The notes under the pieces were generated by a model. That model had not been told where the DNA came from. It saw only the letters and a list, made by a program, of their open reading frames with translations, and did no database searches. A stretch of DNA of 64,000 nucleotides from Tubulanus polymorphus (taxonomy: Eukaryota > Animalia > Nemertea): assembly GCF_964204645.1 (NCBI RefSeq), contig NC_134035.1:12246451-12310450 (forward strand), in the 5' to 3' direction. How positions within the stretch are numbered: the stretch's first letter is position 1; each line of letters begins with the position of its first letter. The translations under genes were made by a program, and so were the position numbers. Of this stretch, positions 63,682-64,000 are shown piece by piece.

Positions 63682-64000
63682 GTTTGTGTTATTTGTAATT
63701 CTTGCAGCCGAAGTGAAGGAAGATTTGATCTCGAGTCTCCTCAACTTCTGTACTCGGTTCCACAGTTCATAGTTAAAATCAGACTCCGCTTAAAACTTTT
63801 GAAATTGACTAATCATGTGGAGCTGGGTTGTGCTGTTTTCATTACTCATTGTGTTCAGATGTTTAGTAAAGTATGTATAAGTCAGACTACTCCCAATTCG
63901 GTGCCCGTTACAGATCTCAAACCGCTCAATTGAAATCCTTCACCTATTGCTTAGTGAAGGGGGAAGTTAGGGTGAAGGTAAAATGCTGACAGTAATTCCA

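Overview
AT-rich, intron-containing animal (probably marine invertebrate; inference) genomic DNA. Five host genes can be assembled by hand from GT-AG exons. They are a minus-strand gene with a 9-aa tandem-repeat exon and a QSER1/PRR12-like (DUF4211-associated) motif, which runs off the left edge; TMEM167/kish (+), absent from the ORF track; TMEM101 (-); a 24-exon, ~1077-aa calponin-homology + ankyrin-repeat gene (+); and an MDR/alcohol-dehydrogenase-like gene (+) that runs off the right edge and lacks the usual Zn-binding His. Between TMEM101 and the ankyrin gene lies a ~33 kb island (~8.6-41.7 kb) with no recognisable conserved gene. It holds more than a dozen distinct tandem-repeat arrays and an orphan 280-aa gene with a CCAAT/CRE/TATA promoter and a 7.4 kb intron. 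It also holds a second, near-identical TATA element facing the first, and tandemly repeated exon-intron units without open frames. Several MITE families (Harbinger-like with CWG TSD, hAT5-like with 5-bp TSD) and Penelope-type hammerhead ribozyme motifs, including a two-hammerhead palindrome with a 9-bp TSD, are present. Most ORFs in the supplied track are artefacts of satellites. No CRISPR, rRNA or tRNA was found. All calls were made by eye, without database searches.
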